DNA of 64,000 bases from an uncultured delta proteobacterium (GTDB lineage: Bacteria > Desulfobacterota > RBG-13-43-22), in the NCBI GenBank assembly GCA_963743305.1, contig CAVUPH010000018.1, positions 58,203 to 122,202 of the forward strand, read 5' to 3'. Positions 28,776-38,951 of this stretch are shown in pieces. Every line of letters starts with the position of its first letter. Positions within the stretch are counted from its first letter, which is position 1. Position numbers and translations under genes: made by a program. Below the pieces are notes generated by a model. The model saw nothing but the letters and a program-made list of their open reading frames with translations, was not told where the DNA came from and did not search any database.

Positions 28776-29039
28776 CTACTCAAAGTGCGTCCACATCCGG
28801 ATGACCTTCACGGTCTTGATGTCTTCTAAAACCTGATATACCAGGCGGTGCTGGATGTTGATTCGCCGGGAATAGGAACCGAAGAGATCACCTTTGAGCT
28901 TTTCATAAGGAGGAGGGTCCTGATAGGGGCTTTCCCGAAGGAGTTCCAACAACCGGGAGGCTGTCGGCTTAAGTCCTGATCGGGCTATCTTCTTGGCGTC
29001 CTTTTGAGCCTGCTTGGTAAAAACCAGGCGCCAGCTCAC
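28776..29039 (-). CDS. yoeB: Txe/YoeB family toxin
   Basis: PYQDPPPYEKLKGDLFGSYSRRINIQHRLVY...MWTHF; GTG start overlaps the antitoxin stop. Confidence 0.92.
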   Translation of the reverse strand: MSWRLVFTKQAQKDAKKIARSGLKPTASRLLELLRESPYQDPPPYEKLKGDLFGSYSRRINIQHRLVYQVLEDIKTVKVIRMWTHFE

Positions 29040-29278
29040 CAACCCGGTTCCTCCGCACACTTATCGACAGGGGTCAGCAAGCCCTTCTTGATGGACTCGC
29101 GCATTCCCGGTAAGGAAGTGAGATACAGCGTCTCTTCAATGGCCCGCCAATCTTCCTCGGAAACAAGTACCGCAGTACTCCTCTTGCCCACAATCTGAAC
29201 CGGAACGTGACTTTCCTTCACTTCGTCAACCAAGTTGTAGAGCCGTTTTCTGGCTTCAGATGCCGATAATATGGTCAT
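29036..29278 (-). CDS. yefM: Phd/YefM family antitoxin
   Basis: SASEARKRLYNLVDEV...AVLVSEEDWRAIEETLYL..LPGMRESI. Confidence 0.92.
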   Translation of the reverse strand: MTILSASEARKRLYNLVDEVKESHVPVQIVGKRSTAVLVSEEDWRAIEETLYLTSLPGMRESIKKGLLTPVDKCAEEPGW

Positions 29279-29297
29279 TCCGGGCGAACCTCCTAAT

Positions 29298-29336
29298 CGT
29301 ACCATATATGGTACGGCACAGCGGGGGAAATGTCAA
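29298..29336 (-). promoter_or_regulatory. Sigma-70 promoter of the TA operon with an overlapping operator palindrome
   Basis: TTGACA-17-TACCAT on the minus strand; perfect 18-bp palindrome CGTACCATATATGGTACG at 29298-29315. Confidence 0.75.
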
Positions 29337-29480
29337 GTCAGTTTATAAGGATTTAAAGAAGATTCAAAGGCAAGAAAGGCAATCCTTCGGACGATTGGTT
29401 TCCAACCTCCTGGCCCAGGCCCTGGGGTAGCGTCAATCGGCCAAAAATTCGATCCAGCCGACAGGGATCCTTTTAGCCGA

Positions 29481-31574
29481 TCAGCTTAGGATAATGCTGG
29501 CGTCCACGGCGATCGGCTTTCCTTGGACGATCAGCAGCGGATTGACGTCGATCTCCCGGATCGCCTCCACCCGGCAGGCCAGTTCACCCAGACGGATCAG
29601 CCAGTCGGCCAGGAGGTTCAGATCCACCGGGGGTATCCCGCGAAAGCCTTCCAGCAGTGCCCGGCCCCGCAATTCCGAAACCATGGGCTCCACTTCCAGC
29701 CGTGTAACCGGGGCCAGTCGAAAGACCACATCCCGATAAACCTCGGCCCGGACGCCGCCCAGGCCCAGCATGACCGCCGGACCGAACTGAGGATCCCGGA
29801 CGACGCCGACGATCAATTCCAGGTCGCCTTTCAATTGCGGTTGGACAATAAAAGCCGTAGGCGGGTTAGGCCGGTCGGCCATTTCCTCCAAAGCGCTTTG
29901 CAGCGCTTCCGGGGTGTAGAGATCCAGGCGGACCAGGCCGGCCTCGGTCTTATGGACCAGGCCGGGCGAGCGGCCCTTGAGAACCACCGGGTAGCCGAAG
30001 GTCCGGGCCGCTTGCCGGGCGGCTGAAAGGTCCTCGACGGGAATTTCCGGCACGGTGGCCAATCCCAGCTCCTGCAGCAAATTTTTGGAATCCCTTTCAT
30101 CCAGGACGGTTCCCCGGAACGCTTCCACTTTTCTCTTGATGGAGGGAAACACTTCGGCGTCCACTTCGCGGGCCAGGACCGGCGCCGCTTCCCGGACTTT
30201 ACTGAATTTGAAAATCCCGGCCAGGACCTTGACCACCCGCTGAATTTCATTGAAAACCGGAAAACCCCTTTTCTCGACCGACAGGCGGGTGGGATGGAAC
30301 CCTTTCTCGTGGCCCATGACCCAGAAGAGCACCGGCTTGCGGGTTTCCGGAAGATCGGCCAGTATTTTTTCCATGTCGAGGAACCAGACGCCGAACCCGG
30401 CGAAGAGATGCACAATGATTCCGTCCACCCCAGGGTCCTCCAAGAGGGCGGCCAGCCCTTCCCGGTAGGTGATCTCCGGGCCGTGTTTTTCCATGGCCGG
30501 CCAGAAATCCACCGGGTTGCTGACCGGCATCCAAGGCGGGGACAATGCTTCCAGCCGCTGTTTGGTTTGCGGGGCCAGATCGGCCAGCGTCAACCCGGAG
30601 GCTTCGAGGTGATCGGTGGTTACGATCCCGGCCGCCCCGCTGAAAGTAAAAACCGCCACCCGGGGTTTCCCTTCCTTCGGGCGAGACGTTTCAAAATCCA
30701 TTTCCAGGGTCCGGGCCAGATCCACCAGCTCAAAAAAATCATCGGCTTGATAAACCCCGGCCTGGTCCAGGGCGCCTCGAATCAGTTCAAAGTTTCCGGC
30801 CAGTGACGCCGTGTGGGAGGCGGCCGCCCGGGCGCCGGCAGCGCTTTTCCCCCCTTTGAGCACCACGATGGGCTTTTTTCTCCGGGCGGCCAGTTCGAAA
30901 AATCGCCGTCCCCGGGGAAAGGACTCGACGTACAGGGCAATGACCCGGGTGTCGTCATCCTCCAGAAAATACTCCAGCAGATCGGTTTCATCGACGTCGC
31001 TTTTATTCCCGATGGAACAGGCCTTGGCCAGACGCAGGGTTTTGTGGCTCATGAGGGTGGTCATGAAACCGCCGGCCAACAGACCGCTCTGGACGATCAG
31101 GGAGACCCCCCCGGGATTTAAGTTATCTTCCCAGGCCTCAGGGGTGATGAAGGAAAAGACGTATCTTTTCCGGATGTCGATCAGGCCCATGCAGTTGGGG
31201 CCCCAAAGCCGTATCCCGCCCCGGCGGGCGATCTCCAGACAGCGTTCCTGCAGTGCGCGGCCTTCGGGTCCCACTTCGGCGAAACCGCCGGATTCGATGA
31301 TGGCTCCCTTGACGCCCCGGGCCGCGCATTCCTCCAGGATCTGCGGAACTCCGGGGGCCGGGATAAAAATCAGGGCCAGCTCCACCGGGTTCGGGACGTC
31401 GGAAATCGAGGGATAACAGGTCAGCCCGAGAATCTCGGGATAGCGGGGATTAACCGGATAAATCGGGCCGTCGTAGCCCAAGGTCAAGTTGCTGAGCAGG
31501 TTATACCCGCCGGTATGGATTTTAGGGGTGGCGCCGACCAGGGCGATCCCTTGGGGTTCAAAGAAAGATTTCAT
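29481..31574 (-). CDS. ADP-forming acyl-CoA synthetase (acetate-CoA ligase family, fused alpha-beta)
   Basis: IALVGA, GPNCMG, IGNKSDV, ASHTASLAG, HKTEAGLV, DPQFGPAVMLGLGG, EIDVNPL. Confidence 0.92.
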   Translation of the reverse strand: MKSFFEPQGIALVGATPKIHTGGYNLLSNLTLGYDGPIYPVNPRYPEILGLTCYPSISDVPNPVELALIFIPAPGVPQILEECAARGVKGAIIESGGFAEVGPEGRALQERCLEIARRGGIRLWGPNCMGLIDIRKRYVFSFITPEAWEDNLNPGGVSLIVQSGLLAGGFMTTLMSHKTLRLAKACSIGNKSDVDETDLLEYFLEDDDTRVIALYVESFPRGRRFFELAARRKKPIVVLKGGKSAAGARAAASHTASLAGNFELIRGALDQAGVYQADDFFELVDLARTLEMDFETSRPKEGKPRVAVFTFSGAAGIVTTDHLEASGLTLADLAPQTKQRLEALSPPWMPVSNPVDFWPAMEKHGPEITYREGLAALLEDPGVDGIIVHLFAGFGVWFLDMEKILADLPETRKPVLFWVMGHEKGFHPTRLSVEKRGFPVFNEIQRVVKVLAGIFKFSKVREAAPVLAREVDAEVFPSIKRKVEAFRGTVLDERDSKNLLQELGLATVPEIPVEDLSAARQAARTFGYPVVLKGRSPGLVHKTEAGLVRLDLYTPEALQSALEEMADRPNPPTAFIVQPQLKGDLELIVGVVRDPQFGPAVMLGLGGVRAEVYRDVVFRLAPVTRLEVEPMVSELRGRALLEGFRGIPPVDLNLLADWLIRLGELACRVEAIREIDVNPLLIVQGKPIAVDASIILS

Positions 31575-31818
31575 AAAAGGCCTTTCGCGGTTCCTGATTT
31601 TAAAACAGACCTGGTATAGCACATAAGTCAGAGGTTGGATAGTCCTAGCATCCACCGGCTGCCTTGACTTCCCCCCCCTATTTAGTTATAAATAGAAATA
31701 CTCATCGTTCGCAACTGAATTCAAAATCCACCGACCCTATTGACTCCCATAGAAACGGATAAACCTCTATGGTTGTTGGTTGTCCCGAATCGATCCACTC
31801 AATATTCGAGGAGCTATC

Positions 31819-33084
31819 ATGTATATCTCCGCCTTAAGACCCTACGCCTTGAAACGGTTGGAGGAAATCGAAAAAGCCGATATTCTGGTCGGGATTCCCT
31901 CCTTCAACAATGAAAAAACGATCGCCCAGGTGGTCCAGATGGTCTCCCACGGCCTGAATAAATACTTCCGAGACCAAAAAAGCGTCATCATGATCGCCGA
32001 CGGCGGATCGACGGATGATACCCGGGAGGTGGTAAAAGAATTTGAGTTGAAGCCCTGGCAGGAAAAATTGCTGATCATTTACCGGGGGCCCGGCGGTAAA
32101 GGTACGGCTTTTCGCTCTATTTTCGAGGCGGTGGAGAAGCTGAAGGTCAAGGCCTGCATGGTGGTGGACTCGGATATTCGCAGCATCACTTCGGACTGGG
32201 TGAGTTACCTGCTGAGTCCGGTGCTGGAACAGGGCTACCAGTACGTCACCCCCATCTACAATCGCCATAAATATGATGGCACCATCACTAACAATATTGT
32301 CTATAACCTGACCCGGGCGCTATACGGGAAGCGTATCCGGCAGCCGATCGGCGGAGACTTCGCATTTTCCGCCGAGGTGGCGGCCCATTTTCTCGGCCAG
32401 CCGGTTTGGGATACGGAGATCGCCCGCTTCGGCATCGACATCTGGATGACCGTAGAAGCCATTATCGGAAACTTTAAAATCACCCAGGCCAATCTGGGGG
32501 TCAAGATCCACGACGCCAAAGATCCGGCCACACACCTGGCCCCCATGTTCCGGCAGGTGGTTTGGACGTTTTTTCATCTGATGGAACAGTATGAATCCTA
32601 TTGGCTGAAGGTGAAGGAAAGCCAGCCCCTGGAAGTCTTGGGCGCCTGCGCCATGGGTGAACCGGAACCGATCAAGGTCGACCTGGAGGCCTTGGTTTAT
32701 AAATTCAAAGTGGGGTTCAAACAATTCGGGGTTTTTTGGAAGGATATTCTGGATTCCGGAAGCTACAATACTTTGAAAAAGGCCTCCAAAATGGAAACGC
32801 AGCATTTTTCTCTGCCCATTGAGGCCTGGGTTAAAATTCTGTACGAACTGGCCGCCACCTTTCATTACTGGCCTATCAACCGCAACAAGCTGATCGACCT
32901 GATGACCCCTCTCTATCACGCCCGCGTCGCTTCTTTCGTTCGGGAGAGTTGGGATATGGATTCGAATGCCGCCGAGGCCCTGGTGGAAAAACAGGCCGAG
33001 GCCTTTGAGGCCAATAAAAAATATCTGATCGAGGTCTGGCAGAAAAAAAGGAAGATCTTTCAACGCTTGAGCGAGAAACTCTGA
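31819..33084 (+). CDS. Glycosyltransferase, glucosylglycerate/mannosylglycerate synthase-like (single step)
   Basis: ILVGIPSFNNEKTI, DGGSTD, GKGTA, VDSD, RHKYDGTITN, IRQPIGGDF, FGIDIWMT, KIHDAKDP. Confidence 0.75.
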   Translation: MYISALRPYALKRLEEIEKADILVGIPSFNNEKTIAQVVQMVSHGLNKYFRDQKSVIMIADGGSTDDTREVVKEFELKPWQEKLLIIYRGPGGKGTAFRSIFEAVEKLKVKACMVVDSDIRSITSDWVSYLLSPVLEQGYQYVTPIYNRHKYDGTITNNIVYNLTRALYGKRIRQPIGGDFAFSAEVAAHFLGQPVWDTEIARFGIDIWMTVEAIIGNFKITQANLGVKIHDAKDPATHLAPMFRQVVWTFFHLMEQYESYWLKVKESQPLEVLGACAMGEPEPIKVDLEALVYKFKVGFKQFGVFWKDILDSGSYNTLKKASKMETQHFSLPIEAWVKILYELAATFHYWPINRNKLIDLMTPLYHARVASFVRESWDMDSNAAEALVEKQAEAFEANKKYLIEVWQKKRKIFQRLSEKL

Positions 33085-33085
33085 G

Positions 33086-33958
33086 TTGGCAAAGACCCCG
33101 ACCATTCGAAATCGGAACATCAGGGCCGCAATTAAAAACACGGTGGTTGTTTTCACCGACCTGGACGGGACCCTTTTAGATCACCAAACCTACGGGTTTG
33201 AACCGGCCCGCCCGGCTCTGGAGATAATCAAGGAAAAGAAAATTCCCCTGATCCTTTGTTCCAGCAAGACCCGGGCGGAGATGGAAGGGTACCGGCAAAA
33301 GCTGGGGATCACCGGCCCGTTCATCGTGGAGAACGGGGCGGCTATTTTTATTCCCCCGGAGAGTTTGAAAATGGAAGGCGCCTTATTCCGGGAAGCCCAC
33401 GGCTTTCAAGTCGTGGAGTTTGGTCTCCCCTACGGGCAACTCGTCCGGTCCCTGCAGGAACTCCGGGAGGAAACCGGTCTAAAACTGATCGGCTTTTCCG
33501 ACATGTCCGTAGAGGAGGTCGAACAGGTCACCGGGCTGGGTCGGGACTTAGCCGAACAGTCCAAGCAGCGGGAGTATTCAGAGCCTTTTCTTTTGGCCGA
33601 CGAAGGCGCGCCCGTCTCTTTGTTGATGCGGGCGGTGAAGCGACGCCGATTAAACCTGGCCCAGGGAGGGAGATTCTTCCATTTGACGGGCGACCATGAC
33701 AAGGGTCGGGCTGTTCGCTATCTGACCACGCTTTATGGGAAAGAGATCCCGGACCTGATCACGATCGGGTTGGGGGACAGTCCCAATGATAGGGCGCTGC
33801 TGGAAAATGTGGATCTGCCGGTGCTGGTTAAAAAACCATTCGGCGGGCATGAAGTCTGGCACGGTGAAAAGGAGGTCCTTTATACCCAGGGCGTGGGACC
33901 GGAAGGATGGAACGAAGCCATACTAACCCTGTTGAATAAGGAGGGTCGGCATGAGTGA
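33086..33958 (+). CDS. gpgP: Mannosyl/glucosyl-3-phosphoglycerate phosphatase (HAD IIB)
   Basis: FTDLDGTLLD, SSKTRAE, ENG, REYSEPF, GGRFFH, DKG, LGDSPND, GPEGWN. Confidence 0.88.
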   Translation: MAKTPTIRNRNIRAAIKNTVVVFTDLDGTLLDHQTYGFEPARPALEIIKEKKIPLILCSSKTRAEMEGYRQKLGITGPFIVENGAAIFIPPESLKMEGALFREAHGFQVVEFGLPYGQLVRSLQELREETGLKLIGFSDMSVEEVEQVTGLGRDLAEQSKQREYSEPFLLADEGAPVSLLMRAVKRRRLNLAQGGRFFHLTGDHDKGRAVRYLTTLYGKEIPDLITIGLGDSPNDRALLENVDLPVLVKKPFGGHEVWHGEKEVLYTQGVGPEGWNEAILTLLNKEGRHE

Positions 33959-35156
33959 TTTTTTTCAAAACGGAGTGATTACCACCCTGCATCGATTGAA
34001 CCGGGAAAACCGGGCGGAATTGGAACGGGAGATGATCCACCACAGCCTGCGGCGACCCATCGCCCTGGTGCTGCCGGCCCTTTATTCGGAACTGGAAACT
34101 CCGGCCCTGCCAAAGATTGTCGAGGCCCTGAAGGAGGTGCCCTATCTGACCCAAATCGTGATCACCATGGGCCGCACCGATGAAAACCAATTCCGGCAGG
34201 CCAAAAAATTTTTTGAGGTCCTGCCCCAGGAAAAGGTGATCATCTGGAATGACGGACCGCGACTGGAGCGGATCTATCAAAGCATCGAAAAGGAATTCGG
34301 ACGTTTTGAAAAGGGGAAGGGGCTTTCCGCCTGGATGGCCTATGGCTACGTCCTGGCCGCCAGCAAATGCCAGGTCATCGCCCTCCACGATTGCGATATA
34401 TTAAGCTATGACACCGAAATGCTGGCCCGTCTCTGCTACCCCATCGTCAACGCCCATCTGAATTATGAATTCTGTAAGGGGTATTACGGCCGGGTGACCG
34501 ACCGGCTGCATGGCCGGGTGACCCGCCTGTTTGTTACGCCCCTGATTCGCGGCCTGATCCAGATGCTGGGCCCCAATCCCTTTCTCGCCTATCTGGACAG
34601 CTTCCGCTATCCGCTGGCCGGGGAATTCGCCATGGTGACCGACTTGGCCTGGCGCAACCGCATCCCCAGCGATTGGGGGCTGGAGGTCGGGGTCCTGGCC
34701 GAGATTTACCGGAACTGTACGCTCACCGGTATCTGCCAGGCCGACCTGGCCGACAATTATGAACACAAGCACCAGGATCTCTCGCCCGACGACGCCTCCA
34801 AGGGCTTGATGAAGATGACCGCCGACATCGCCCAAAGCCTTTTCCGGACACTGGCCGGGGAAGGGGTCGTCTTTTCCGAGGGCTTCTTCAAATCCCTAAG
34901 CACCACCTATGTGAAGCAGGCCCAGGACGCCATCAAGCGCTACCACGACGACGCCCTGATCAACTCGCTGGTTTTTGACCGCCATGAAGAGGCCACGGCT
35001 ATGGAAGCCTTTGCTCGGAGCATCCAACTAGCCGGGGACCAGACCCTGGAGGATCCCCTGAATATTCCGCTGATCCCCAATTGGAGCCGGGTCCTGTCCG
35101 CCCTGCCCGACTTGTTTGACCAGCTTTTGGAAGTGGTGGAAAAGGATAACGCTTGA
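33951..35156 (+). CDS. gpgS: Glucosyl-3-phosphoglycerate synthase
   Basis: MSDFFQNGVITTLH, ALHDCDI, FCKGYY, GRVTRLFVTPL, FRYPLAGEF, DWGLEVG, YEHKHQ. Confidence 0.82.
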   Translation: MSDFFQNGVITTLHRLNRENRAELEREMIHHSLRRPIALVLPALYSELETPALPKIVEALKEVPYLTQIVITMGRTDENQFRQAKKFFEVLPQEKVIIWNDGPRLERIYQSIEKEFGRFEKGKGLSAWMAYGYVLAASKCQVIALHDCDILSYDTEMLARLCYPIVNAHLNYEFCKGYYGRVTDRLHGRVTRLFVTPLIRGLIQMLGPNPFLAYLDSFRYPLAGEFAMVTDLAWRNRIPSDWGLEVGVLAEIYRNCTLTGICQADLADNYEHKHQDLSPDDASKGLMKMTADIAQSLFRTLAGEGVVFSEGFFKSLSTTYVKQAQDAIKRYHDDALINSLVFDRHEEATAMEAFARSIQLAGDQTLEDPLNIPLIPNWSRVLSALPDLFDQLLEVVEKDNA

Positions 35157-35317
35157 GAGGTAGGCTTTGTCCGCAAGGTTAGGAACTCTTTTTGGGCCTG
35201 ACCTTTTCTCTGACTTCGGAAAGGGATCTTCTTAACGGTCTCAGAATAATATTGACCGGATTCCTTAACGCTGCCCAGTCATAAACAAAGGCAAAGGACG
35301 ATCTCTCACAGATGTAA

Positions 35318-35460
35318 GCTGGTTCCGTAAAAAGTCCCCCGGGCTGTCATTGCGAGGAGTGATGCGACGAAGCAATCCCCAAGAATCAGTCAGTTGCCAT
35401 TGGGGGGATTGCTTCGCTTCGCTCGCAATGACGGGTATTTTGACTTTTTGCGAGGTTATC
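35318..35460. repeat. Palindromic element, copy E
   Basis: ccgtaaaaagtcccc...gtcattgcgaggag..gaagcaatcccc...ctcgcaatgac...gactttttgcga. Confidence 0.88.
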
Positions 35461-35517
35461 TTATAAGCCTGTCAATAAATGGCCGGCAGGTTCAGGGGCT
35501 CAGGTAAACAGTTGCCT

Positions 35518-36735
35518 CTATCTTCCGGCACAGGCCGGATCGGCTTTTTCATAGTACATTTTGAACAGTTCCCGGGTGATGATCATTTTTTGTACGTTGG
35601 AGGTCCCTTCCAGGTATTCCATGCCCCGGGCATCGGCGGCCAACTGGCTGATCAGGGCGTTGCGCAGATACCCCCTGCCGCCCATGATAATCTGGGCCCG
35701 GGCGGCCACCTCCATAACCATTTGGGTGGCGAAGAGCTTGGCCAGGGAAGAGCTCAACCGGTAATGGGGCGAGCCCACCTGCTCCAGGGCGTGGAAGCAC
35801 AGTCCCCGGGCCGCGTTCATCTTGGAGTACATGTCGGCGATCTGGAAGCTGATATCCTGGCTGCTGGTGAGGGGGTGGTCGAACTGCCTCCGGCGCAGGG
35901 CGTAATAATAGATTTCGCGGAAAATCCGGTAAGCCAGTCCGCAGCAGATGCCGGCGATGTGAATCCGCCCGCGGTCGATCACCTCGAGGGCCAATAACAG
36001 GCCCTTCCCTTCCTCGCCGATCCTGTTGGCTTCGGGTACCCGCACATCCTGGAAGACCAGACGTCCCGTAGGCAGCGCCTTCAGACCGTCTTTTTCCGGC
36101 AAACCTTCGACGGAGAAGCCCGCGGTCCCGTTTTCAACAATCAGGAGGCTGAGGGAACGCGGACCCTTGGTCCCGCGGGTGTTGACCAGGATGGCGTAGA
36201 TATCGGCCAGTCCGCTGTTGGAGATGAAAATCTTTTCCCCGGTCAACAGGTATTGTCCATCGGTTCGCTTGGCCGAAAATCCGATGGCGCTGGCGTCGGA
36301 TCCCGCTTTTTCCTCGGTCATGGCAATGGCCCCGAATTGCCCGGCGGCCATTCGGGGCAGATACGCTTCTTTCTGCCGTTGATTGCCTTGACAGACGATG
36401 TCGATAGCCCGCCCGTGGGATACCAGGATAATGCCGATGGCCGGAGAGGCATAGCCCAGGAGCTCCATGAAACAATAGATGTCCGACTCCGAGATTTTTT
36501 GTCCACCGAATTCCCGGGGGATGAACCGCTCAAAGATACGGGCCTCTTTGAGACCCAGGGTGATCCGATCCCATTCTTCGGGGAAAACGGCCTTATGGTT
36601 TTCAATCTTGTTCTCTAGATCCGGATAGTTGGGAATGATCCGTTCCTCCAGGAGGGCCAGAAAATCTTTTACCCCTTCTTTTTCTTTCCACCCCGGTTTG
36701 AAGGAATCGAGGATGCTCAAAAGGTTGTCCATCAT
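35518..36735 (-). CDS. Acyl-CoA dehydrogenase
   Basis: AMTEEKAGSD, GEKIFISN, RRQFD, QIIMGGRGY, YLEGTSNVQK. Confidence 0.93.
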   Translation of the reverse strand: MMDNLLSILDSFKPGWKEKEGVKDFLALLEERIIPNYPDLENKIENHKAVFPEEWDRITLGLKEARIFERFIPREFGGQKISESDIYCFMELLGYASPAIGIILVSHGRAIDIVCQGNQRQKEAYLPRMAAGQFGAIAMTEEKAGSDASAIGFSAKRTDGQYLLTGEKIFISNSGLADIYAILVNTRGTKGPRSLSLLIVENGTAGFSVEGLPEKDGLKALPTGRLVFQDVRVPEANRIGEEGKGLLLALEVIDRGRIHIAGICCGLAYRIFREIYYYALRRRQFDHPLTSSQDISFQIADMYSKMNAARGLCFHALEQVGSPHYRLSSSLAKLFATQMVMEVAARAQIIMGGRGYLRNALISQLAADARGMEYLEGTSNVQKMIITRELFKMYYEKADPACAGR

Positions 36736-37367
36736 AAACCTCCACTGGTGGTCGGGAGCCCGCCCTGGTCGGGAGGGGCGGTCCCCGCGATTTCCTGTCC
36801 GCGATCTTTTAATTCCGCTTCAGCCAATTTTACCGCCGCCGGCGTAAAAAACCAACGCCGAACCCTGGCCGAGAGAAACTGATATAGTTCGTCCGCGTCC
36901 AAACCCTGCCTTTTTATTTCATTCCAGAAGCCGATGCGGGAGAAACGCCAGAGCTTATCCGCGTCTTTCAGGATCTCTTCCTCCAGGGAACCGGCCTGTT
37001 CTCCGGAGTCATGCCGCCCGATCAAGAGGACGATCCGTTCGATCCACGGCGTCGGATAGTTCTGGGACTGGAGGATGTGTCGGGCAATGACCGCCCCTTC
37101 CTTTTCATGGATCCGGTTGAGCCGTTCGGCCTCCTCCCCCCCGGCCCGCACCCCGAAGGCGATTTTGATCTGCGCGGGTTCCAGTCTCGACCAGCCGACA
37201 TCATGCAAAATAACGGCCGGTTCCACGATCCGCGCTTCACCCCCCCCTTCTCCCAGCAGGCGCAAGGCATAGCCATGAGAAACCCGGGCATGCGGGAGAT
37301 CGCCCCTCTTCTTTAAATAAGGTTCAGCCAGCCGGAAAAGCTCGCGGATGAATTCATCCCAATCCAT
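36732..37367 (-). CDS. HD-domain protein
   Basis: DLPHARV, AVILHDVGWS, HEKEG, HD, DADKLWRF. Confidence 0.88.
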   Translation of the reverse strand: MDWDEFIRELFRLAEPYLKKRGDLPHARVSHGYALRLLGEGGGEARIVEPAVILHDVGWSRLEPAQIKIAFGVRAGGEEAERLNRIHEKEGAVIARHILQSQNYPTPWIERIVLLIGRHDSGEQAGSLEEEILKDADKLWRFSRIGFWNEIKRQGLDADELYQFLSARVRRWFFTPAAVKLAEAELKDRGQEIAGTAPPDQGGLPTTSGGL

Positions 37368-37488
37368 GTCTGGAAAAATACTATAGGGGGGGAAAGAAAA
37401 CAAGGGAAAGGTCTAATCAAAAATATTAGAATTTTGGGTTCAAAAGTTAGACTTGTTTATCCCGTTGATATTTCCTACAATAGGGCCG

Positions 37489-38832
37489 ATGAAGCGCAAA
37501 TTATTAATCATCGGCGGAGGTCCGGCCTTTCAGGATAAGGTCCGGCACCACTTTCAGGATCGCTATGAGATAAAAATTTCCTCCTCCGGGAAAGAAGCCC
37601 TGCCCCCGCTCATGACCTGCAAACCCGCCATGGTCCTTTTAGGCGCCCCGCTGCCGGACACGAATAGCCTGGAAATACTTCAGCGGATTCAACAGGAATT
37701 CCCCCAATCCAAGACCATTCTCTTTTCCGCCTTCCAGGATATGGATACGACCATTCAGGCCATTAAATTGGGGGCCTATGATTATGTCCTGGAAGATATC
37801 GATCTCCAGGAATTGGATCATAAAATACAAAAGGCCATTCGTATCTTGACGTTAAATACCCAGATCGCTCCTCTCCAGGAACCGCCATCCCTTTCCGCTA
37901 ACGGATTTACGCTCATCGGCCAGAGCAAGGCCATGCGGGATATATATAAATTTATCGGACTGATCTCCAATACCACGGCCCTGGTCGGCATTCGAGGCGA
38001 AACGGGAACGGGGAAGAAATTGATGGCGCAGGTCATCCATCAAAACAGCCCCAATCGGGAAGGCCCCTTTGTCACCGTGGACTGCACCACGATTGTCGAA
38101 ACCCTGTCGGAGAGCACCCTCTACGGCCACGAAAAAGGCTCTTTTACCGGGGCCGTGGAGAGTCACCGGGGCTTATTTGAAATGGCGGCGGAGGGGACCA
38201 TTTTTCTCGATGAGATCGCGGATCTCCCGCTTTCCATGCAGGGCAAGCTCCTGCGTTTTTTACAGGATAAGGAATACCACCGTATCGGGGGCACTTCCCA
38301 GAAAAAATCCAATGCCCGCATCGTGGTCGCCACCAACCGGGACCTTTATCAGGCCATCGCCCAGGGTAAATTCCGAAAAGACCTCTACTACCGGCTCAAA
38401 GTTCTGACCATCTATATCCCTCCCCTTCGGGAACGCCGGGAAGACATTCCCCTCTTGATCCAGCATTTTTTACATAAGATCAATCGCGAGCACCATACCC
38501 GGGTATTGAAGATCGAAGACCGGGCGGTACAATTGCTGAGCGAATACGACTGGCCGGGAAATGTTCGGGAGATGGAAAATCTGCTGACCCTGGCCTGCAT
38601 TCTGGGCAAGGAGGAGGTCATTCTGGAGGAGACGGTCAAAGAGATTCTGAACCGCAGCCAACGCCTTCCTTATGATCGCCCGGATGTTTCCTCCCTGGGC
38701 GAAGCCGAGGAAGCGATCCTGAAAAGGGCTTTAAAAACAACGCAAGGGAATTTGACCCAGGCGGCCAAATTATTAAAAATTTCCCGGCCGACCTTGCGGA
38801 CTAAAATTCAAAAGTACCGGCTGGCTCTTTAA
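37489..38832 (+). CDS. Sigma-54 enhancer-binding protein with a degenerate receiver domain
   Basis: GETGTGK, GHEKGSFTGA, FLDEI, ATNRDL, WPGNVRE, Fis-type HTH; the REC-like N-terminus lacks the acidic pocket. Confidence 0.93.
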   Translation: MKRKLLIIGGGPAFQDKVRHHFQDRYEIKISSSGKEALPPLMTCKPAMVLLGAPLPDTNSLEILQRIQQEFPQSKTILFSAFQDMDTTIQAIKLGAYDYVLEDIDLQELDHKIQKAIRILTLNTQIAPLQEPPSLSANGFTLIGQSKAMRDIYKFIGLISNTTALVGIRGETGTGKKLMAQVIHQNSPNREGPFVTVDCTTIVETLSESTLYGHEKGSFTGAVESHRGLFEMAAEGTIFLDEIADLPLSMQGKLLRFLQDKEYHRIGGTSQKKSNARIVVATNRDLYQAIAQGKFRKDLYYRLKVLTIYIPPLRERREDIPLLIQHFLHKINREHHTRVLKIEDRAVQLLSEYDWPGNVREMENLLTLACILGKEEVILEETVKEILNRSQRLPYDRPDVSSLGEAEEAILKRALKTTQGNLTQAAKLLKISRPTLRTKIQKYRLAL

Positions 38833-38841
38833 GGGCAATAC

Positions 38842-38877
38842 GGCAAAGATCTTTCCGGTCCTGGCAAAGGTTTTTCC
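38842..38877. promoter_or_regulatory. Tandem candidate upstream activator sites
   Basis: GGCAAAGATCTTTCC (38842) and GGCAAAGGTTTTTCC (38863), imperfect palindromes 21 bp apart, about 75-110 bp upstream of the sigma-54 promoter. Confidence 0.6.
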
Positions 38878-38951
38878 AGGACGATCATCCGTTGAATAGG
38901 CACCTCTCAAAATAACCCCCTGAATTACTTCTATTTTTTTCTTGCGGTTTT

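Noticed and set aside
27523-29305. GNAT / GIY-YIG / yoeB-yefM block as a second cassette array
   Set aside because: Content and orientation are cassette-like, but I could not find paired R''/R' boxes with a convincing hairpin in 28660-28775.
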